Source: Bacteroidales bacterium
GTDB lineage: Bacteria; Bacteroidota; Bacteroidia; Bacteroidales; UBA932
Assembly: GCA_017548985.1 (NCBI GenBank)
Contig: JAFYYW010000009.1
Coordinates: 5,290 to 69,289 of the forward strand
Direction of reading: 5' to 3'
Length of the DNA: 64,000 nt
Of the stretch, positions 61,432 through 64,000 are shown one piece after another (position 1 is the first letter of the stretch; each line of letters starts with the position of its first letter). Under the pieces are notes generated by a model. It searched no databases. It saw only the letters and a list, made by a program, of their open reading frames with translations, and was not told where the DNA came from. The position numbers were made by a program, and so were the translations under genes.

Positions 61432-64000
61432 ATGAAAAAAACGATTTGGGCGATATTGGCTACCGCGGCTTTATTCGCAGTCTGTTGCGACAAAGAGTAT
61501 GACGACTCTGCGTTGGTCCAAAGAATCAATGACCTTGAAGGAAGAGTCACTGCTCTTGAACCTCTCAACACAACCGTGTCCGGAATCAGCGCGATCGTAA
61601 ACGCGCTTAACGAGAAAGACTCGGTTTTAGGTGTTATTGAAGTAAAAGACAGTGAAGGAAATGTCATCGGTTACACCATTAACTTCTCAAAGAGCGCCCC
61701 TGTCACAATCTACAATGGAGAAAGAGGTGACAGAGGTCCACAGGGAGAGCAGGGAGAGCAGGGAGAACAGGGAGAGAAAGGAGAACAGGGAGATAAAGGA
61801 GATAAAGGAGATAAAGGAGAGAAGGGAGAGAAGGGAGAGAAGGGAGAAGTCGGTCCTATCCCATCTATCGGAATCCAGCAGGGTAAAGACGGCAATTATT
61901 TCTGGGTAATCGAGGGCCAGATCGTAAAAGACCAGAACGGTAACCCGATCCCTTGTACCCAAGTAACACCTACCTTCAAGATTGAAGAAGGTTCATGTTG
62001 GGTGTCATACGACGGCAAGAACTGGACCGAGCTCGGACTTATCTCAGGTACCGGCACCACCGTCGAGGTTGACAACACCAACGAGGATTATGTGCTTTTT
62101 ACCGTCAATGGTACCGAAATACAGATCCCAAAGGAGAAGACATTCGCTCTTGATATCAAGTACGATGGAGATCTCGCTGCTGTCGGTATAGCCGCCAATT
62201 CTACCGCGGATATCGCGTATGAGGTCAAGGGGGCGGGCGAGAACGACGAAGTGACAGTCGACGTGCTCAGCGCTACCGCCGGCATTTCCGCCAAGATTTC
62301 CAAGACCGATAATACTAAAGGTCACATCCTTATCACTACCACAGACGCGCTTGACGGAAAGATCTTCGTATACGCCGACAACAACAAGGGCAAGACCAAC
62401 ATCAAGTCCATCACCCTCGAGGCCGGCCAGATCTCCGCGATCGTCGATGTGGTCCAGGCGCCGGCAGCCGGTTGCGACATAGCTCTTACAGTCAGCACCA
62501 ACATGGCCCACAGCGTCGTTGTTCCTAACGGAATCAACTGGCTGCATATAACCATAAAGAGTAGAGCCGGTGAAGGTTCTTATCTCGAGCACCTCCACGT
62601 AGGCGAGATGACCAGGGCCACCCAAGATTACAAGTATGTGATTATTGTCGACCCTAACGAGACCGCTTCTTACCGCTTTGCTAGCATCCGCATTGTTTCA
62701 AAGACAACAGGCGAAGTTCTCAAGGCTATCGACATCGTCCAGAAACCGGCATCAGGCGTTACCGACCTCTCTTCTATCGAAGGTCTTCCGGATGACGAGG
62801 AAGTAGACATCAATGGTTCAGTCGTTCTCGCCGCTTCCAAGAAGGGCGCGGTCGTTTCTGACGGAAAGAACCCTATCTATGTTGAATCCGGGACTGTTCT
62901 CGCAGTCGGAGACAGTATCTCTTTCCGCGGTGTCAAGAAAACCAACGATAATACCAATTATGCTTATATCAAGGCCGCTTCCGTAGAAGTTATCAAATCG
63001 GGTGTAGTAGTTCCTGACCAGCCTTGGATGCATATCAGTTATTCCGAGAATTACAATATTACCAATACTGCTACTACCGCTCTTATCCAGAAGGACGCGG
63101 ATGGGAACTACTTCTTTGTGACTCCGTTGAGCTTCTATGTCTACATCGAGTCGCCGCTCGAGTCCCTAAATCTCGATGCCCTTGTAGGCAAGTATGCTAC
63201 AGTCAAAGGATACATCGACGAGGTACACGTTCTCGGAATCGATTGGACAACCATCAGCTATATCTGCGAATACACGATGATCGTGAACTCTGCTGCCGAA
63301 GTCAAGTTCGAAGCCAACTCCAACTGGTCAGTTTCTTATGACGGAAAGGTAAGCGGCGACGCGCAGAATCCTGAGCAGGTGACCAATACCGTAGTTTCAG
63401 GAAGCGACAGGTACCTCATCGGAATCATTTCCGAATCTCAGCTTAAGGGATTTCCTGTAGAGGAAGCTCCGGAAGAATACGGTGCTATCTATATGGCTGA
63501 TAGTCTCCAGTACAATATTACACGTTACAGTTCCAGCTATACCAAAGAAGAAATCATAGGCACTCTTTCATATGACTCAACTGCCAGCGAAACCTTCAAA
63601 GAGTGTGAGTTAGGCAAATACTATGCTCTTGCTGTAGGTTTTGATGAAGATGGTCTGGTAACCGGATCTTATGCTATATCCGAGTTCGAGATCAAAGAGC
63701 CATATATCGCTGCCAGATACGAGGACTTCCTCGGAGTCTGGGGTTATGAAAGCGAGGGAGGTATCCAGAAATGGGCTATCACCGAAAAAGTCACAGGCAA
63801 AAGCTACAATCTCGTAGTCAACGATGTCGTTCCCAACGGTGGTGTTTACCCTACGCTCGTCTATGACGCGGGAAGAGGTTCCTTTACTCTCGACGCCCAG
63901 GATCTCGGCGAGTTCGAATATGACGGCGAGAATAATATCGAACAGGTTGCCGCTGTCTTTGCTTCCTTCGGTGGCGGATTCTACGACAACACCGATTATA
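61432..64000 (+). CDS. Large surface lipoprotein: DUF4988/PL29-N-like start, collagen-like repeat, BACON-like domain (3' end lies beyond the window edge)
   Basis: Hand translation [38 protein letters not shown]...GYTINFS, open to the window end; [11 protein letters not shown] and [15 protein letters not shown]. Confidence 0.85.
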   Translation, partial: MKKTIWAILATAALFAVCCDKEYDDSALVQRINDLEGRVTALEPLNTTVSGISAIVNALNEKDSVLGVIEVKDSEGNVIGYTINFSKSAPVTIYNGERGDRGPQGEQGEQGEQGEKGEQGDKGDKGDKGEKGEKGEKGEVGPIPSIGIQQGKDGNYFWVIEGQIVKDQNGNPIPCTQVTPTFKIEEGSCWVSYDGKNWTELGLISGTGTTVEVDNTNEDYVLFTVNGTEIQIPKEKTFALDIKYDGDLAAVGIAANSTADIAYEVKGAGENDEVTVDVLSATAGISAKISKTDNTKGHILITTTDALDGKIFVYADNNKGKTNIKSITLEAGQISAIVDVVQAPAAGCDIALTVSTNMAHSVVVPNGINWLHITIKSRAGEGSYLEHLHVGEMTRATQDYKYVIIVDPNETASYRFASIRIVSKTTGEVLKAIDIVQKPASGVTDLSSIEGLPDDEEVDINGSVVLAASKKGAVVSDGKNPIYVESGTVLAVGDSISFRGVKKTNDNTNYAYIKAASVEVIKSGVVVPDQPWMHISYSENYNITNTATTALIQKDADGNYFFVTPLSFYVYIESPLESLNLDALVGKYATVKGYIDEVHVLGIDWTTISYICEYTMIVNSAAEVKFEANSNWSVSYDGKVSGDAQNPEQVTNTVVSGSDRYLIGIISESQLKGFPVEEAPEEYGAIYMADSLQYNITRYSSSYTKEEIIGTLSYDSTASETFKECELGKYYALAVGFDEDGLVTGSYAISEFEIKEPYIAARYEDFLGVWGYESEGGIQKWAITEKVTGKSYNLVVNDVVPNGGVYPTLVYDAGRGSFTLDAQDLGEFEYDGENNIEQVAAVFASFGGGFYDNTDY
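61717..61860 (+). repeat. Collagen-like (G-X-Y)16 repeat
   Basis: [48 protein letters not shown], built from 9-bp units. Confidence 0.95.

Noticed and set aside
61687-61962. ORFs 61652-61909, 61687-61962 and 61710-61895 with SLL/SPF/ERR repeats
   Set aside because: Alternative-frame and antisense readings of the collagen repeat.

Overview
A 64-kb stretch of a Bacteroidales chromosome. The assignment rests on many TAnnTTTG -7 promoter boxes, lipoprotein signal peptides and the rpmB-rpmG-DUF4295-ftsY order. From left to right it contains: a citrate lyase locus (citD-E-F-X, a citC-citG fusion, then a YbhJ-like aconitase-family hydratase cut by the window edge); housekeeping genes (PMM/PGM, def, ruvX, M23 peptidases, dxr, rseP, purF); an OlsF-like acyltransferase followed by a LAB_N-CtlX fusion; a ~14-kb accessory island (20.8-34.7 kb) bracketed by hicAB and an MNT-HEPN toxin-antitoxin pair and ending at the 3' end of tRNA-Pro; rpsT with tRNA-Glu; nrdDG with purine uptake/salvage genes; GH78; tRNA-Leu; a deoC-to-pheT block; translation genes (ftsY, L33/L28, lepB, L20/L35/IF3, thrS); and a large collagen-repeat lipoprotein cut by the right edge. 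Three signals stand out. (1) An island module with an HTH protein, a membrane Ser/Thr kinase, an outer-membrane barrel, an unannotated 52-aa peptide and fimbrillin/LRR/M64 lipoproteins, in which a 21-bp motif (19/21 identical) lies over the HTH promoter and upstream of the peptide-fimbrillin operon. (2) REP-like palindromes inserted in frame in several proteins, including an identical 40-bp core closed by a different stem at each locus. (3) Three 9-N15-9 inverted repeats flanking hicAB. All family assignments come from motif recognition by eye, with no database search.
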